Origin: a virus | Virus record (IMG/VR): IMGVR_UViG_3300033566_000060 | Coordinates: 1 to 64,000 of that record | Length of the DNA stretch: 64,000 bases | Reading direction: 5' to 3' (one strand) | In this document: one piece after another, positions 62,601-64,000 of the stretch | How positions within the stretch are numbered: the stretch's first letter is position 1 | How the letters are laid out: each line of letters starts with the position of its first letter | Position numbers and translations under genes: made by a program | The notes under the pieces: model-generated | Database searches by the model: none | The model's input: only the letters and a program-made list of their open reading frames with translations | Told to the model about the DNA's origin: nothing

Positions 62601-64000
62601 TCACTATTACCGATGGTGAGCATGAAGCACCATTCCACATCTTAACGGATGCATTTGATTGTTTTTCTTTCAACAACGGCGTGGAGAGTTTCAAGATACA
62701 GGACGCTTTCATCGGAAAATCATTTTCCATCGACGCGAATCCTACGGCAGTAAACCAAGAGGGGTATAAAAAAATCAACCGTTTTGCGGACATTACCTAT
62801 TCTGGGGTATTCAACAGCGACTCCAATGTAAATAAACTCAATGAGTTCAACTTATCGTTGGCCAATTACAAAAACGACATTGAAAAAATGTACGGGCCTA
62901 TCGTAAAGATAAAAGGAGAAAACACCAACTTGGAAGTGTATCAGGAAGATAAAGACTCTTTCGTTTTTTACGGTAAGGATTTGCTTTACAACGCGGACGG
63001 CTCTTCTAATTTATCAAGAATAGAAGACGTATTGGGACAACAGAAAACCTATCCGGGAGAGTATGGGATTTCCTTTCATCCGGACAGTTTCGATAACTAT
63101 GCCTACGACAGTTACCACACCGACGTGAAAAGAGGGGTAGTATTGAAGAAAAATGACAGTAACGGGTTGTTTGAAATCTCGTCTCAGGGAATGCGCAACT
63201 ATTTCAAAAAACTGTTCCGCGACAACACGATAACACACATCAACGGGAAATACGATCAGTTTCACGACTATTACATTCTGAACATCCAATACGGAGAAGG
63301 AGAATACGTGACTTGGGTGTATTCAGACAAGAACAACGGATGGTTGGGAAGAATGAAGTTCAATCCGGAAGACATGGTACGTATCAACAATCACTTTATT
63401 TCGTTCAAAAACGGAGAAGTGTACAAGCATAACCAAGCTTCGGTGTACAATACATTCTATGGCGTGGAGAGTCCGAGTAAATTCTCTTTCAATTTCAGTC
63501 AGGATCCGAGCATTCGCAAGAATTTCAAAGCATTGGATTCGGAAGGCACCGATGCGTGGAAGATAAACGTGAACACCGATTTGGATTCCGGCTACATCAA
63601 CAAGGAGGATTTCGTAAAAAAAGAAGGGGTGTTTTATGCTTACCTCAGAAACAATAATGATACGGTGGACACCTCGCTTTTAAGTTGTCAGGGAATAGGG
63701 GAAATCACAGCTATCAATAGTCTTGTACTTACCTTCGATTCACCTATCGACAGTGTAATTTCAGTAGGAGACGTGGTACGCAATACGGACTTGGAAGTGG
63801 TAGGAACTATTGTTTCCAAAACAGAGAATACCTTAACGTTAAATGCGGTAGCTAATGTGGTGGTGGGTGATTTTGTGATGTCCACAAAAAACCAAAGTAT
63901 TGAAAACCAATCACTGTTAGGATATTACATGCAGGTCGATTGTGAGCTTTCAAAAATCACCGCTACAGAAATTTACGCAATAGGATGTGAAATTTCTGAA
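59667..64000 (+). CDS. very large virion structural protein, 3'-partial (>1444 aa, runs off the window)
   Basis: Hand translation from ATG 59667 (MAKIQNSFSKGIIDKDNDERY...) finds no stop through base 64000. It is absent from the ORF track, presumably because it has no stop in the window. Confidence 0.85.

Noticed and set aside
47784-64000. T7-like classification suggested by the portal-scaffold-capsid-large-protein gene order.
   Set aside because: No RNA polymerase, DNA polymerase, primase or helicase was recognised anywhere in the window. Integrases and RecT/Exo point to a temperate phage that depends on host replication.

Overview
AT-rich tailed-phage genome, most of a >64 kb temperate phage. 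The host looks like Bacteroidota, judging by many TAnnTTTG -7 promoter boxes and weak Shine-Dalgarno sequences. Both window edges cut giant virion ORFs, so the genome is larger than the window. Layout: 0-3.9 kb is the end of a giant virion protein. At 4.1 kb there is a tRNA/tmRNA 3'-end fragment. 4.3-15.0 kb is a leftward recombination/replication operon (NinG-like, DnaA-domain-IV-like, DUF4373-like, KilA-N, SSB-like, MazG-like, exonuclease plus RecT-like). 15.3-20.4 kb holds rightward accessory genes and two tyrosine recombinases. 20.9-27.8 kb is a leftward block of ORFans and HTH proteins. 27.8-29.3 kb is a 1.5 kb non-coding control region with a phased TGGACA array. 29.3-34.6 kb is a rightward ORFan block. 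34.6-36.5 kb encodes a phage GroES/GroEL pair. 36.6-47.7 kb carries fibre-like proteins (one collagen-like, one BspA-type LRR), a membrane-protein cluster and an M15 endolysin. 47.8-64 kb carries TerL, portal, a tRNA-like element, scaffold, major capsid protein and large virion proteins. No DNA or RNA polymerase, primase or helicase was recognised. Main finding: ten accessory genes in two arrays (5.2-7.5 kb on the minus strand, 15.26-18.36 kb on the plus strand) are built like integron gene cassettes. Each gene is bracketed by a 14-nt box GTTA-N6-GTNN near its 5' end and the complementary box NNAT-N6'-TAAC just past its stop. The hexamer is private to each cassette and covaries with its partner. 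Cassettes are separated by a conserved ~126-bp imperfect hairpin with attC-like asymmetry. The plus-strand array ends directly against a small Xer/IntI-like tyrosine recombinase gene. I know of no described phage system with this architecture. All functional calls come from motif recognition by eye; no database search was run.
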